In this document: positions 7,340 through 17,706 of the stretch, one piece after another
Position numbering within the stretch: the first letter of the stretch is position 1
Layout: every line of letters begins with the position of its first letter
NCBI GenBank assembly: GCA_046154225.1
Contig: JBJXEM010000006.1
Span: forward strand, 46,124-110,123
Source of the DNA: Rickettsiales bacterium
Lineage (GTDB): Bacteria; Pseudomonadota; Alphaproteobacteria; Rickettsiales; UBA3002
Reading direction: 5' to 3'
Length of the DNA stretch: 64,000 bases
Translations under genes and position numbers: made by a program
The notes under the pieces: model-generated
Told to the model about the DNA's origin: nothing
Databases searched by the model: none
The model's input: the letters and a program-made list of their open reading frames with translations, nothing else

Positions 7340-9231
7340 GCGGCGGCCTGCTCGGTTTCGGGTTGGTATTCTGCTACAATGCGCTTGAGTAGTTGGCGCA
7401 TGGCTTGGGCGTCACCCTCGCGCGCGCGCTGCAGCAATTCGCGCAGGGCAGCGAGGATTTCAACGCGCGCTAAGGTGCGGGCACGGGCCAGGCGGATCGA
7501 CTGGTGCGAAGTGGGCATTAAATTTTCCGCGTCGTGGAACAATTCCTCGAACAGTTTTTCGCCGGGGCGCAGGCCGGTGAAGGTGATGGGGATGTCGTCG
7601 TAAGGTTTCAGCCCGGCGAGGCGAATCATCTGGCAGGCCAGCTCTTCGATACGCACGGGGTTACCCATGTCGAGCACGTAAATCGGTGCGCGGTCGGCCT
7701 CGCGGCTGCCCAGTACCGCGGCCTGCAACACCAGCTGCACGGCCTCGGAAATGGTCATGAAATAACGCACCATGTCTTTGTGGGTGACGGTAACCGGGCC
7801 GCCGCGCGCGATTTGTTTTTGAAACAGCGGCACCACCGAACCCGCCGAATTTAGCACGTTGCCGAAACGGACGGTGATGAAGTGGGTTTTTGCGCCGTCC
7901 TGCGCCAGCATCTGGCCGTAAATTTCGGCGGCGCGTTTGCTGGCACCCATCACGCTCGTAGGGTTCACCGCCTTGTCGGTCGAGATTTGTACCATGGCGG
8001 CGACACCGTGCGCCACGCAGGCATCGGCCAGTTGCTTACTGCCCAGCACGTTGGTGAGCACCGCCTGATCGGGGTTCGATTCCGACAGCGGCACATGTTT
8101 GATGGCAGCGGCATGGAATACGATTTCGGGGCGGAACATGGTGAAGGCGCGGCCCAGCTGGTCGATGTCGCGCACATCGCCCAACACCGCGTATCGGCGA
8201 AGGGTGGGCACCAGTTCACCCAGCTCGTGGTCGATCTGGTAGAGATTATATTCCGACTGTTCGTAAAGCAGCATTTCCGATGGCTGCAGGGCTGCGACTT
8301 GACGCACCAGTTCGCTACCGATGGAACCGCCGGCACCGGTAATCAATACGCGTCGCCCGGTCACAAATTCACGCATGGCGGGGCGGTCGAGCTCGGCTTG
8401 CGGGCGACCTAAAATATCTTCCACCGCCACCGGGCGAATGTCGTGCAGCCGGTCGCCGCTTTTCAGTTCGCCCATGTTTGGCAGGCGTGAAAGCGGCAGT
8501 TGGTGCGCGTGGGCGACGGCCAGCAGTGCGTTGAACTGGGTGCGCGGATAGTCGCTGTCGGCGATGATGATGCGACGCGGGCTGCGGCCTTTGCGTGCCA
8601 GCTTGCGCAAAATGTAATCGACTTCGCCGCTATGGCCGTAAATGCGCACATGGTGGATTTCGCGGCCGTGCTGGCGCGGGTCGTCGTCGATGAGGCCGAC
8701 GGCTGCGTAGGGGAAATCGGCGTTGCGCTCCGACTCGCGCAGGAACAGTTCGGCTTGCGCCGTGGCCCCCACCACCAGCACCGGCGTGCGGTTTGAGGGC
8801 CGCCCCATCAGGCGCGCCATCAGCGCCCGGTCATGCGCGAGGCGCCATAGCACGCGCCCGGCAGTCAGGCACAGCATCAGGGTCATCCAGTGAATGTAAG
8901 GCACCGAGCGCGGCAGGTTCTCAAGCCGGGTGAAGCCGAACATGCCGAGGTAGAATAGCAGTAGTGCCACGGTACCCGCGCGGGCGATAATCATCAGGTC
9001 CGACAGCGTGCAGTAGCGCCAGACATGGCGGTAGGTGCGGTAATACACCAGCACCACCAGCATCACGAGTGCGAAAGTGGCCGCCCCCTCGATACGGTAG
9101 CCTTGCGTATGCACCAGCGTGCGGTCGCCCAGGCGCAGGTAAAGCGCCAGCAGGAAACTCAGCGATGCCATCGCCATGTCGTGCAACAGGGCGAGCATAT
9201 TGCCAGAGGGGCGTTTAAAGGGCAGGCGCAT
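7336..9231 (-). CDS. polysaccharide biosynthesis protein, CapD/WbpM/PglF-type membrane-anchored NDP-sugar dehydratase/epimerase
   Basis: Four N-terminal TM helices followed by a Rossmann domain (VLITGAGGSIGSEL) and a short-chain dehydrogenase-like C-terminal part. Length 631 aa is typical of this family. Confidence 0.8.
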   Translation of the reverse strand: MRLPFKRPSGNMLALLHDMAMASLSFLLALYLRLGDRTLVHTQGYRIEGAATFALVMLVVLVYYRTYRHVWRYCTLSDLMIIARAGTVALLLFYLGMFGFTRLENLPRSVPYIHWMTLMLCLTAGRVLWRLAHDRALMARLMGRPSNRTPVLVVGATAQAELFLRESERNADFPYAAVGLIDDDPRQHGREIHHVRIYGHSGEVDYILRKLARKGRSPRRIIIADSDYPRTQFNALLAVAHAHQLPLSRLPNMGELKSGDRLHDIRPVAVEDILGRPQAELDRPAMREFVTGRRVLITGAGGSIGSELVRQVAALQPSEMLLYEQSEYNLYQIDHELGELVPTLRRYAVLGDVRDIDQLGRAFTMFRPEIVFHAAAIKHVPLSESNPDQAVLTNVLGSKQLADACVAHGVAAMVQISTDKAVNPTSVMGASKRAAEIYGQMLAQDGAKTHFITVRFGNVLNSAGSVVPLFQKQIARGGPVTVTHKDMVRYFMTISEAVQLVLQAAVLGSREADRAPIYVLDMGNPVRIEELACQMIRLAGLKPYDDIPITFTGLRPGEKLFEELFHDAENLMPTSHQSIRLARARTLARVEILAALRELLQRAREGDAQAMRQLLKRIVAEYQPETEQAAA

Positions 9232-9937
9232 CAGAACTCACGACGGGTTTGCGGACGAGGCCACCTAGCACAACCACGAGATAAAAGCCAATAGAGAGAC
9301 CCGCGCCCACAAACGCATGATGCGCGAGTGCCACCAGTATCAGCCAGCCGATGAGAAAGCCGTAGGGTTGGCGACACACGAGCCCGAGCGTTCCCGGGCC
9401 GGATTGCGCAAGTAGCACACCCACCAGCGGTGCTAGCAGCAGCAGCGCATCGAGCGCTAGGAAAGCAGGTGTTTCACCAAAGAGCGAACTTGCGGCCAAT
9501 GGAAAAAGCATGAGCGTGGCGGCCAGACTACCCCCGCGCGGTGTGTTGGGAAGGCCTGTGGCCAAAAATGTGGTGAGCAGCCACATGGCCGCCGCACCGA
9601 CATAGATGAGCCAAAGCGGGAGGCCCGAAATAGCGGGCAGATGCAGGGTGGTAAGGCCCAGCAGTACCGCGACGAGCGGCGCGGCGTATTGTATATAGGC
9701 AGGCAGCGGGTGTCGCATGGAATAACCGCCAACCAACACCAGCAGCAGCGAGGCGACCGCCAGCGTGGAAGGCATTGCTACAATAATGAGAAATCCGATG
9801 GCGCTGAGCACTGCAAACAGTCCCGTGGGAATGGCCGGCGCGCCAAGCATGGCCTCCAACCTGCGGCTGATACGCAGTGCAGCCCATGCGGCCAGTGCTG
9901 CCGAAAAAGCCAGAATGACAATATAGCTTGCGACCAT
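9215..9937 (-). CDS. polytopic membrane protein, unknown function
   Basis: 240-aa ORF that is hydrophobic almost throughout (7-8 predicted TM helices). It overlaps the downstream CapD-like gene by 17 nt. I recognise no catalytic motif. Confidence 0.5.
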   Translation of the reverse strand: MVASYIVILAFSAALAAWAALRISRRLEAMLGAPAIPTGLFAVLSAIGFLIIVAMPSTLAVASLLLVLVGGYSMRHPLPAYIQYAAPLVAVLLGLTTLHLPAISGLPLWLIYVGAAAMWLLTTFLATGLPNTPRGGSLAATLMLFPLAASSLFGETPAFLALDALLLLAPLVGVLLAQSGPGTLGLVCRQPYGFLIGWLILVALAHHAFVGAGLSIGFYLVVVLGGLVRKPVVSSDAPAL

Positions 9938-9991
9938 AGGGACAGACTAGCGGGCCCGGCGTGGATTGTCATTAGCGACGGTGAGGCATGC

Positions 9992-12900
9992 CTACAGGGT
10001 GGTGACGCCTTGTACCTGGCGCAAGGCGACAATCAGCATCGGGTAGTCGAGGCTGGGCTGCATGCGTAGCTCGCCGATGAACTGTAAAAACCGCGCGAGC
10101 GGCCCGCTGAATTCTTCGGCCCACAGCGCCATCGGCTCGGCTTTTTTGTTGCCATAGCGGGCGAGCACGTCCTGTGTCAGGCGGCGCTGGGCGTGGTAGA
10201 GTTCGACGATCAGCGACTTCACCGCCAGTTCCTGCCAGTAATTATCGGCGACCAGTTCGCGTGCCGAGCGGCGCAGCCAGCCAAGTTTCAGCGTTGCACC
10301 CAGTTCGAAATAGAGGCGGCCCACCTGTTCGATGGTGAGTTTTCGCGCACGCGCGATGTCGGCGATGTCGCAGGCCGATGCCATGATTTCGAGCTTGGCG
10401 ATGCGCACCGCGAGCGCTGCGGGCACTGCCTGTGCCAGCAATTCGTCGACCGCTAAATGGAAGGATTTACGCAGCGTTTCGCTCATCAGCGATTCTGCCT
10501 TTTTCTCGACCACCGCGATCGCATCGACGTAGGTGCTGAACACGCTGTCGAGCGCCATGGGTTGGGGCAGATGCGTTAAAAACCAGCGGCAGCTATGCTC
10601 GATGAAGCGGTTGACGCGCGAGAATAGCTGCGACTGCAACGCCGCACTGGTTTTGCCGTCGAGCGTCTCGATCATCGCCCAGAGCTCGCGCAGGCCGAAC
10701 GCGTCGCGGGTGGCAACATAGGCCTGTGCTACGTCGATGGCGGCAAGGCCCGTATCGCGCATCAGGCTGTGGGCGAAAGCGAACCCGGCGCGGTTGACGA
10801 TGGAGTTGGTAATCATGGTGGCGACAATTGAACGCCTGAGGCGATGCGCGCGGATTTCTCCCGCGTAGGATTTCTGCATGACTTTCGGGAAATAGCGCAG
10901 CAGGTCGGACTCGAAATACGGCCCGTCGAGCAATTCTGCGTCTTTCAGCCGGTTGTAAAAATCCATTTTGGCGTAGGCTTGCAGCACCGCAATTTCGGGC
11001 CGGGCAAGGCCGCGTTTGGCGGTGCGTAATTCACCGATTTGATGCGCCGAAGGCAACGCCTCGATGTCGCGATTCAAAAACCCGGTGGCTTCAAGCTGCG
11101 CCATGAGCTGTGCTGCGGGCTCCAGTGCTCCAGCCCCTTGCGCTTCGGCGATCGAGATGGCCTGGGTTTGCAGGCGGTTGTCGAGCAGCACCAGATCAGC
11201 CACTTCTTCGGTCATGGTTTTTAGCAGCGCATCGCGCTTTTTGGCATTCAGGCGTTTCGAATCAACGGCGAGGCGCAGCGCGATTTTGATGTTTACTTCG
11301 TGGTCCGAGCAATCGACGCCGCCGGAATTGTCGATGGCGTCGGTATTGATGCGCCCGCCGCGGCGCGCATATTCGATGCGGCCTGCCTGCGTGAAGCCAA
11401 GGTTGCCACCTTCACCCACGATTTTGCAGCGCAGATCGCCGCCATTGATGCGCAGCGCATTGTTGGTGCGATCGCCCACGTCGTCGTTGGTTTCAAACGC
11501 CGCTTTCACATAGGTGCCGATGCCGCCGTTCCAGAGTAAATCGACTGGGGCTTTGAGAATCAGGCGAATCAGTTCGTCGGGCGTGGCTTGGGTGACGCTT
11601 GTGTCGAGCGCTGCACGGATTTCGCTACTGAGCTTGATGGATTTAGCGGTGCGCTCGAACACCCCGCCGCCTTTGCTGATGAGCGCCGTGTTGTAGTCGT
11701 TCCAGCCCGAGCGCGGCAGGGCGAACAGGCGTGTGCGCTCGGCAAAACTGCTGGCCGCATCGGGCGTGGGGTCGATGAAAATATGGCGATGGTTGAAGGC
11801 AGCGATAAGGCGCATGTTGGCACTCAGCAGCGCGCCGTTGCCGAACACGTCGCCCGACATGTCGCCCACGCCGATGGCGGTGAATGTGTCGCGGCCAATG
11901 TCGCGCCCCATTTCGCGAAAATGGCGTTCGACCGATACCCAGCCGCCACGCGCGGTGATGGCCATGATTTTATGGTCGTACCCCGCCGAACCGCCGGAGG
12001 CGAACGCATCGCCCAGCCAGAACCCGTATTCGCCGGAGATGCCATTGGCAATGTCGGAAAAACTCGCGGTACCTTTGTCAGCGGCGACGACGAGGTAGGG
12101 GTCGTCGGCGTCGTGGCGCACCACGTGCGACGGCGGAATGATTTCGGTGCCCGCGAGATTGTCAGTAATGTCGAGCAAGCCGCGCAAAAAAATCTGGTAG
12201 CAGGCGATGCCCTCGGCCATCAGGGCGTCGCGCTCGGCGGGGGCGCGGCGCAGGATGAAACCGCCCTTAGCGCCTTGCGGCACGATGACGGCGTTTTTCA
12301 CCATCTGGGTTTTCATCAGACCCAGAATTTCGGTGCGGAAATCCTCGGGCCGGTCGGACCAGCGAAGCCCACCGCGCGCCACCGGGCCGCCGCGCAGGTG
12401 AATGCCTTCGACCCGCATGGAGGTGACAAAAATTTCGGCATAAGGTACCGGCTGCGGCATCTCAGGCACCGCCGCTGAGCGCAGCTTAATCGAGAGATAC
12501 GGCTTGGCATTGCCCGCCGCATCCGTCTGGAAGAAATTGGTGCGCAGGCTGGCTTGGATGAGGGCGAGGAACCGGCGGATAATGCGGTCTTCGGCGAGGT
12601 TGCTGACATTTTCAAGCGCCGCTTCAATGCGGGCCGTAATGGCGGCGGATTTTTCTTCGCGCCCGCGTATTTCAGGGTGGAAGCGGGCATGAAACAACGC
12701 CACTAAATCGTTCGCGGTGGCCGCATGGGCATTGAGTGCCGCCGCAATAAAACTTTGGCTATACGGGAAATCGAGCTGCTGCAAATAGCGGCTGTAAGCG
12801 CGCAGAATTTCAATGTCTCGCGCTGAAAGTTCAGCCGAAAACACGAGTGCGTTGAGCGTGTCGTTATCCACCAAGCCACGCCAAATCAGGCTGATGGCCG

Positions 12901-14758
12901 ATTCAATGCGCGCCTTATGTTGCGCGAGGTTCAGGCTTTCGGCACCGGGCACACGCAGCGTGACATCGCGCAACAGAAGCGGCGAGAGGGGCGGCAGCGG
13001 CGACACCACATAGGGCGTGGCATCCACTACCGTGCAGCCCATATTCTCCAGCAGCGGAATGATGGTTGAGAGTTCAGAATTCACATCGCGCGTAAAACAT
13101 TTCAGGTGCAGTTGGCCTTGCACGGCGGGCGCTTCGGCACGGAATAATTCGAGTGCCAGTCCGTCGCCGCGCAAACATTCCATGGCGCGGCGAATATCAT
13201 GCACGGCTTGCGCCGCGCTGTGGGTGTTGATGTAGGGCAGGGTGAAGGCATTAGCGAAACTTTGTGCCAGTTCCGGCCCGTCTTCCTCACCGCTGGTGGT
13301 GAGGAGTGTTTCGTGCAGTGCTTCGGCCCATAAATTGGTGCGCCCGGCGATTTGTGCTTCGAGCGCCGTTTCGTCGACCACCGGCACGGCACCCGGCGTG
13401 GTTTCGATGAGTAGCGTGAGGCGCGCCAGCGGCGATTCACCCAGCTGCGTGCCGAAAGTGACGTAACGCCCGTGATAGGCGCGCTCGAGCAGGCGCACGA
13501 TGGCTTCGCGCAGGTCGGACGAAAAGCGTTCGCGCGGGATGTACACCATGGCGCTGATGAAACGGTCGAACGGGTCGTGGCGTACGAAGAGTTTCACCTG
13601 CGGTTTGGCGTCGAGCGCGACGATGCCCATGGTCATGTGGAACAGGCGTTCCTCGTCCATTTGAAACAGCTCGTCGCGCGGCAGGAACTCGAGTGTGGCT
13701 TTCAGTGTTTTCCCCGAATGGCCGGACGCGGCGAAACCAGCGCGTTTCAAAATGGTGGCCGCGCGGCGGCGAATGAAGGGGATATGGTCGGTTTCGCGGT
13801 AATAGACGGTTGAAGTAAACAGTCCCAGAATGCGCGTTTCGCCGATGAGCGCGCCTTTCGTGTCGTAGCGGCGCACGGCGATGTAATCGAGCGGGGTGAC
13901 ACGGTGCACGAGGCTTAAATCCGACCCTTTAAACACGCTGACGGTTTCGCTGGCGGTGAAGCGCGGACCACGCTCGATGGCGTTTTCCACGTTTGCGGGC
14001 AAGCGGTAAATGCCGAGTGCGGATGGTGCGTCGAGCTGCAAATCGCCTTTGCTGTTGGCGCGGTAGTCGGCCATGCCCAAAAACACAAAATGTTTAGCGG
14101 CCAGCCAGTGCAGCAAATCATGCGCTTCGAGCGTATCTTCGGGGCTTACGTTTTTAATGGCGTGTTTAAAGGTCTGCGAGAGTGCGAGCGTTTGCTCATG
14201 CATGATTTTCCAGTCGGCCACCGCGTGCGCCACATGCTGCAACGTCAGCCGCATTTTTTCTTCCAGCTGGGCCGCCGATAGTTCAGCCGGCAGCGGCGAC
14301 AACTCGGCGTAAATCAGGGATTCGGACTGTGTTTTGCCGGAAGCGTTGAGCGCACCTTTGCCGTCGCGGGCCATGTCGAGCACGGGGTGCAACACGCGGT
14401 GAATGCTGAGGCCGAGCGAGGTAAAAAGCCCCGAAAGCGAATCGACCAGAAACGGCATGTCGTCGTTTAGTACCAGTAACTGCGTGCGTCGCTGGTCGCG
14501 TTTCTTCTCGCGCACCGTGACTGGTGTGATTTCGATTTTGGGTCCGCTTTTGGGGCGCTGGGCCGCGAATGCTTGCGCCAGGCGCGCGATTTCGGTGGCG
14601 TGTTTGGGCTCCAATGCCGAAAGATCCTGCACCGTGGCGCTGCGATAGAAATAGGTAACGAATTCTTTTGCCGCACTGTTCGCGGCTTTGGGCAGCGCGG
14701 CCGTCATGGCAGCAATCAGTTGGCGGTGCAGCGACGAATAGTTGGGCGACATGCGCAT
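9992..14758 (-). CDS. gdhB: NAD-specific glutamate dehydrogenase, large (about 180 kDa) type
   Basis: 1588-aa single ORF. Central catalytic region GGLRWSDRPEDFRTEILGLMKTQMVKNAVIVPQGAKGGF is typical of the Bac_GDH family. Confidence 0.88.
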   Translation of the reverse strand: MRMSPNYSSLHRQLIAAMTAALPKAANSAAKEFVTYFYRSATVQDLSALEPKHATEIARLAQAFAAQRPKSGPKIEITPVTVREKKRDQRRTQLLVLNDDMPFLVDSLSGLFTSLGLSIHRVLHPVLDMARDGKGALNASGKTQSESLIYAELSPLPAELSAAQLEEKMRLTLQHVAHAVADWKIMHEQTLALSQTFKHAIKNVSPEDTLEAHDLLHWLAAKHFVFLGMADYRANSKGDLQLDAPSALGIYRLPANVENAIERGPRFTASETVSVFKGSDLSLVHRVTPLDYIAVRRYDTKGALIGETRILGLFTSTVYYRETDHIPFIRRRAATILKRAGFAASGHSGKTLKATLEFLPRDELFQMDEERLFHMTMGIVALDAKPQVKLFVRHDPFDRFISAMVYIPRERFSSDLREAIVRLLERAYHGRYVTFGTQLGESPLARLTLLIETTPGAVPVVDETALEAQIAGRTNLWAEALHETLLTTSGEEDGPELAQSFANAFTLPYINTHSAAQAVHDIRRAMECLRGDGLALELFRAEAPAVQGQLHLKCFTRDVNSELSTIIPLLENMGCTVVDATPYVVSPLPPLSPLLLRDVTLRVPGAESLNLAQHKARIESAISLIWRGLVDNDTLNALVFSAELSARDIEILRAYSRYLQQLDFPYSQSFIAAALNAHAATANDLVALFHARFHPEIRGREEKSAAITARIEAALENVSNLAEDRIIRRFLALIQASLRTNFFQTDAAGNAKPYLSIKLRSAAVPEMPQPVPYAEIFVTSMRVEGIHLRGGPVARGGLRWSDRPEDFRTEILGLMKTQMVKNAVIVPQGAKGGFILRRAPAERDALMAEGIACYQIFLRGLLDITDNLAGTEIIPPSHVVRHDADDPYLVVAADKGTASFSDIANGISGEYGFWLGDAFASGGSAGYDHKIMAITARGGWVSVERHFREMGRDIGRDTFTAIGVGDMSGDVFGNGALLSANMRLIAAFNHRHIFIDPTPDAASSFAERTRLFALPRSGWNDYNTALISKGGGVFERTAKSIKLSSEIRAALDTSVTQATPDELIRLILKAPVDLLWNGGIGTYVKAAFETNDDVGDRTNNALRINGGDLRCKIVGEGGNLGFTQAGRIEYARRGGRINTDAIDNSGGVDCSDHEVNIKIALRLAVDSKRLNAKKRDALLKTMTEEVADLVLLDNRLQTQAISIAEAQGAGALEPAAQLMAQLEATGFLNRDIEALPSAHQIGELRTAKRGLARPEIAVLQAYAKMDFYNRLKDAELLDGPYFESDLLRYFPKVMQKSYAGEIRAHRLRRSIVATMITNSIVNRAGFAFAHSLMRDTGLAAIDVAQAYVATRDAFGLRELWAMIETLDGKTSAALQSQLFSRVNRFIEHSCRWFLTHLPQPMALDSVFSTYVDAIAVVEKKAESLMSETLRKSFHLAVDELLAQAVPAALAVRIAKLEIMASACDIADIARARKLTIEQVGRLYFELGATLKLGWLRRSARELVADNYWQELAVKSLIVELYHAQRRLTQDVLARYGNKKAEPMALWAEEFSGPLARFLQFIGELRMQPSLDYPMLIVALRQVQGVTTL

Positions 14759-14822
14759 TCCTTAGGCGAGTGCGCGCACGAGGGAAAGCAAAAAAGCTTG
14801 TGCGCTGCAGCGTGAATAATCG

Positions 14823-15755
14823 TTAGAGTGAGGCCTCAATCGTATCCCACACCTGCGCCGCGACGTTCACGCCGTAAAGCGCCCCCGCAGCGCGAAAGCC
14901 GGTGGGGGAGGTGACGTTGATTTCCGTGAGGTAATCGCCAATCACATCGACGCCGGCGATCAGCAACTTTTCGCGTTTTAAAAACGGCTTCAGCGCGGCG
15001 CAGATTTTTTCCTGCTTCGGTGTTAGCTCGGCCTTCACCGGCGTACCGCCGACGCGCATGTTAGCGCGGATGGAGCCGGATTCGGGTGTGCGGCCAAACA
15101 CGCTGGCCACAACGCCATCGATCATTAAAATACGCCGGTCACCTTGCGCCACTTCAGGCAAAAACGCCTGCCACATCAGCGGTTCGCGGCTTTGTTCGCG
15201 CCACTGCTCGATGAGGGTGGCGATGTTGGGGTCGTCGCGGTTCAGCTTATACACCGCCCGCCCGCCAAAGCCGTAAAGCGGTTTCGCGATGATGGCCGTG
15301 TGCGCGTCGGCGAAGGCGGCAATCGCCTGCGGGTCGATGCTGATGAGCGTCGGTGGCAGAAATTCCGTGAGCGGCAGGATGGAAAGTTTTTCCGGCGCGT
15401 TGCGCACGCCTGCGGGGTCGTTCACGACGCGCACCGTGTCGACGATGCGCTCCAGCAAATGCGTGGCGGTGATGTAGCTCATGTCGAACGGTGGGTCTTG
15501 GCGCATCATCACCACGGCCATTTCGCGTAACGAGCGGCGTTTTGTTTCGCCCAGCGCCCATACCGGGTTGTGGCTGAAATCGAGCGTGATGGGGGTGAGT
15601 GGTGCGCTTACATCGCCCGCCTGCCAGCTCAGCATCGGCGCTTCGTAAAAATAGACTGTGTGACCGCGTTTTTGGGCCTCTTCAATCAGCGCAAAACTGG
15701 TATCGCCACGCGCGTTAAGCTTGGCCGGGTGGTCGAGCTGAAACGCGATTTCCAC
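14823..15755 (-). CDS. gshB: glutathione synthetase (prokaryotic ATP-grasp type)
   Basis: N-terminus MEIAFQLDHPAKLNARGDTSFALIEEAQKRGHTVYFY plus an ATP-grasp C-terminal half. 310 aa. Confidence 0.88.
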   Translation of the reverse strand: MEIAFQLDHPAKLNARGDTSFALIEEAQKRGHTVYFYEAPMLSWQAGDVSAPLTPITLDFSHNPVWALGETKRRSLREMAVVMMRQDPPFDMSYITATHLLERIVDTVRVVNDPAGVRNAPEKLSILPLTEFLPPTLISIDPQAIAAFADAHTAIIAKPLYGFGGRAVYKLNRDDPNIATLIEQWREQSREPLMWQAFLPEVAQGDRRILMIDGVVASVFGRTPESGSIRANMRVGGTPVKAELTPKQEKICAALKPFLKREKLLIAGVDVIGDYLTEINVTSPTGFRAAGALYGVNVAAQVWDTIEASL

Positions 15756-15760
15756 GGGCG

Positions 15761-16462
15761 TTAATATCCGCCGTTAGCGGTAACCGGCGGAATCGGCGAA
15801 CTGTCGATCGGGTCGTTCGGCTGCACTACAGTGGCACGGCTGGCCGGTTGCGTCAGGTTCGCGCTTGGCGGGCTGGCGTTGCCGTTTTGCGTGTCGGGGT
15901 TAATTTGCAGGTGGCTGACCACGCGCTTCACGCCGCGGGTGGTGCGCGCTACGTTCAGTGCCCGGTTCAGCTCGGCTTGGTCGTGCACGCGGCCGATCAT
16001 GTAGGCGGTGCCGTCCGTCACGTCGAGCGAGTAATTGATAATCCAGACATCTTTGGTGAAGAGCAAGCGGCTTTCAAGGTTGCGCTTGGTGAGTGAATCC
16101 TGCGCGATGGTGGCATAGCTGCGCTCAGGCGCGACCACCAGTTCGTTGATGACTTCGAGCACACCCCGCGCTTTCCAGCTGAGGGCTACGGCGCGCTGGG
16201 CATCGGCCTGACTGTCGATAAAGCCAGTCAGCATCACCCGGCCGTAGCGAATGTTGAACGTTACCTGCGTCAGCAATTCGCCCGCGTCGTTTTGCAGGAA
16301 CACGTTGGTGAGGTCGGTGTAAATCACGGTATCGTCGACCTTGCGGCCCACCGAGCGGTTTTCGGCGAGGCTGACGCCGACTTCAGTACCGCCCGCCACG
16401 ATTGCAGGAATGCAGCCGGACAGCAAAATTGGGACGAGGGCGAGGGCAGAGTAGCGACGCAT
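15761..16462 (-). CDS. BON-domain lipoprotein (DolP/YraP-like)
   Basis: ATG 16462 is preceded by AAGGAGA. Lipobox LLSGC. Two BON-like repeats. Low-complexity Pro/Asn-rich C-terminal tail. The 16543 start in the track lacks a ribosome-binding site. Confidence 0.7.
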   Translation of the reverse strand: MRRYSALALVPILLSGCIPAIVAGGTEVGVSLAENRSVGRKVDDTVIYTDLTNVFLQNDAGELLTQVTFNIRYGRVMLTGFIDSQADAQRAVALSWKARGVLEVINELVVAPERSYATIAQDSLTKRNLESRLLFTKDVWIINYSLDVTDGTAYMIGRVHDQAELNRALNVARTTRGVKRVVSHLQINPDTQNGNASPPSANLTQPASRATVVQPNDPIDSSPIPPVTANGGY

Positions 16463-16488
16463 GGAATTCTCCTTGAAGTAAAGCGACG

Positions 16489-16842
16489 CTAAGAAAACGC
16501 CGCCGGAAGATGACGCGGCCAGTTGTACCACGCGATCAGGCAAACGTCGAATCGAACCTGCAGCGAATCGTATCGCGGATGCGCGCGCAGAAAATACTGT
16601 GCCGCGCGCACCACACGCGCTTGGTTTTTGCTATGTACGGCTTCCGCCGCGTCGGCCATGCGCGCGCGGGCTTTGACTTCAATCACCGCCAGCGTTTTGC
16701 CGCGCCGCGCAATCAGGTCGATTTCGCCCACCGGGGTTTTATAGCGCATGGCGACTGGCCAGTAGCCCTTCAGCATCAGCCACGCGGCGGCCGCATATTC
16801 GGCGCGGATGCCGGCGCGATGACTGCGGGCGCGGTTACGCAT
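16489..16842 (-). CDS. yraN: YraN family (UPF0102) endonuclease-like protein
   Basis: 117 aa with the motif GEIDLIARRGKTLAVIEVKAR. It overlaps the rsmI stop by 8 nt. Confidence 0.8.
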   Translation of the reverse strand: MRNRARSHRAGIRAEYAAAAWLMLKGYWPVAMRYKTPVGEIDLIARRGKTLAVIEVKARARMADAAEAVHSKNQARVVRAAQYFLRAHPRYDSLQVRFDVCLIAWYNWPRHLPAAFS

Positions 16843-17680
16843 CGCTCGCTTTTAAGGCCAGCGCGCGCGCATAAATATCGCTTTTGGCACGGCCGCTTAA
16901 TGTGGCGACTTCGGCCACGGCTTCCTTCATTTTGGCGCGGGTAAGCGCATCGTGCAGCGCGGCGTCGATGGCGTCATCGTCCATAGTGATCGCCGCCGCA
17001 CCCGCCACGACAATGACACACTCGCCGCGCGGTGCGTGGGCAGTAAAATGCGTCATTAATTCAGGCAGTGAACCGCGCACACATTCCTCGTGCAGCTTGG
17101 TGAGTTCGCGGGCGACGGCGGCGGGGCGGGGGCCCAGCCCTGCGTTCAATGCCGCGAGCGTTTCGCACAGCCGGTGCGGTGCTTCGTAAAACACCAGTGT
17201 GGCGGGCAGGTGGCTGAGGGCTGCAATGCGCGCGGCGCGTTCACCGGTTTTCGCACTTAAAAACCCGGCATAAAAAAATGTCTCGGCGGGCAGACCTGCA
17301 ATGCTGATGGCGGCCAGCAGCGCACTCGCGCCGGGCAATGGCGTGACGCGGATACCTGCTTCGATGGCAGCGGCCACCAGCCGCGCTCCGGGGTCGGAAA
17401 GTAATGGCGTGCCCGCGTCGGAAATCAGCGCGATACGTCCGCCTGCCTGCAGGGCGGTTACCAGCGTGGCAGTAGCAGTAGCTTCGTTATGGTCGTGGTA
17501 GCTGGTGAGCGGGGTGCGGATGCCGTAATGCTGCATCAGCACGCCGCTGGTACGGGTGTCCTCGCAGGCGATGCGGTCGACGGATTTCAGCACTTCAAGC
17601 GCGCGCAGCGTGATGTCGCCCAGATTGCCAATCGGGGTCGCGACGACGAATAATTCGCCGGGTTGGTTTTTTTCTCGCAT
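16835..17680 (-). CDS. rsmI: 16S rRNA (cytidine1402-2'-O)-methyltransferase RsmI
   Basis: Tetrapyrrole-methylase fold N-terminus LFVVATPIGNLGDITLRALEVL. 281 aa. Confidence 0.88.
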   Translation of the reverse strand: MREKNQPGELFVVATPIGNLGDITLRALEVLKSVDRIACEDTRTSGVLMQHYGIRTPLTSYHDHNEATATATLVTALQAGGRIALISDAGTPLLSDPGARLVAAAIEAGIRVTPLPGASALLAAISIAGLPAETFFYAGFLSAKTGERAARIAALSHLPATLVFYEAPHRLCETLAALNAGLGPRPAAVARELTKLHEECVRGSLPELMTHFTAHAPRGECVIVVAGAAAITMDDDAIDAALHDALTRAKMKEAVAEVATLSGRAKSDIYARALALKASDA

Positions 17681-17706
17681 GCTGTTATGCTCCCCACTTA
17701 GCTATA

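Noticed and set aside
9215-9937. 240-aa membrane protein upstream of the CapD/WbpM-like gene as a WbpL/WecA-type (glycosyltransferase family 4) phosphosugar transferase.
   Set aside because: The position fits. However, the protein is about 100 aa too short, and I could not find the Asp-rich cytoplasmic loop motifs (DDxxD, NxxNxxDGxDG). It is called only as a membrane protein.
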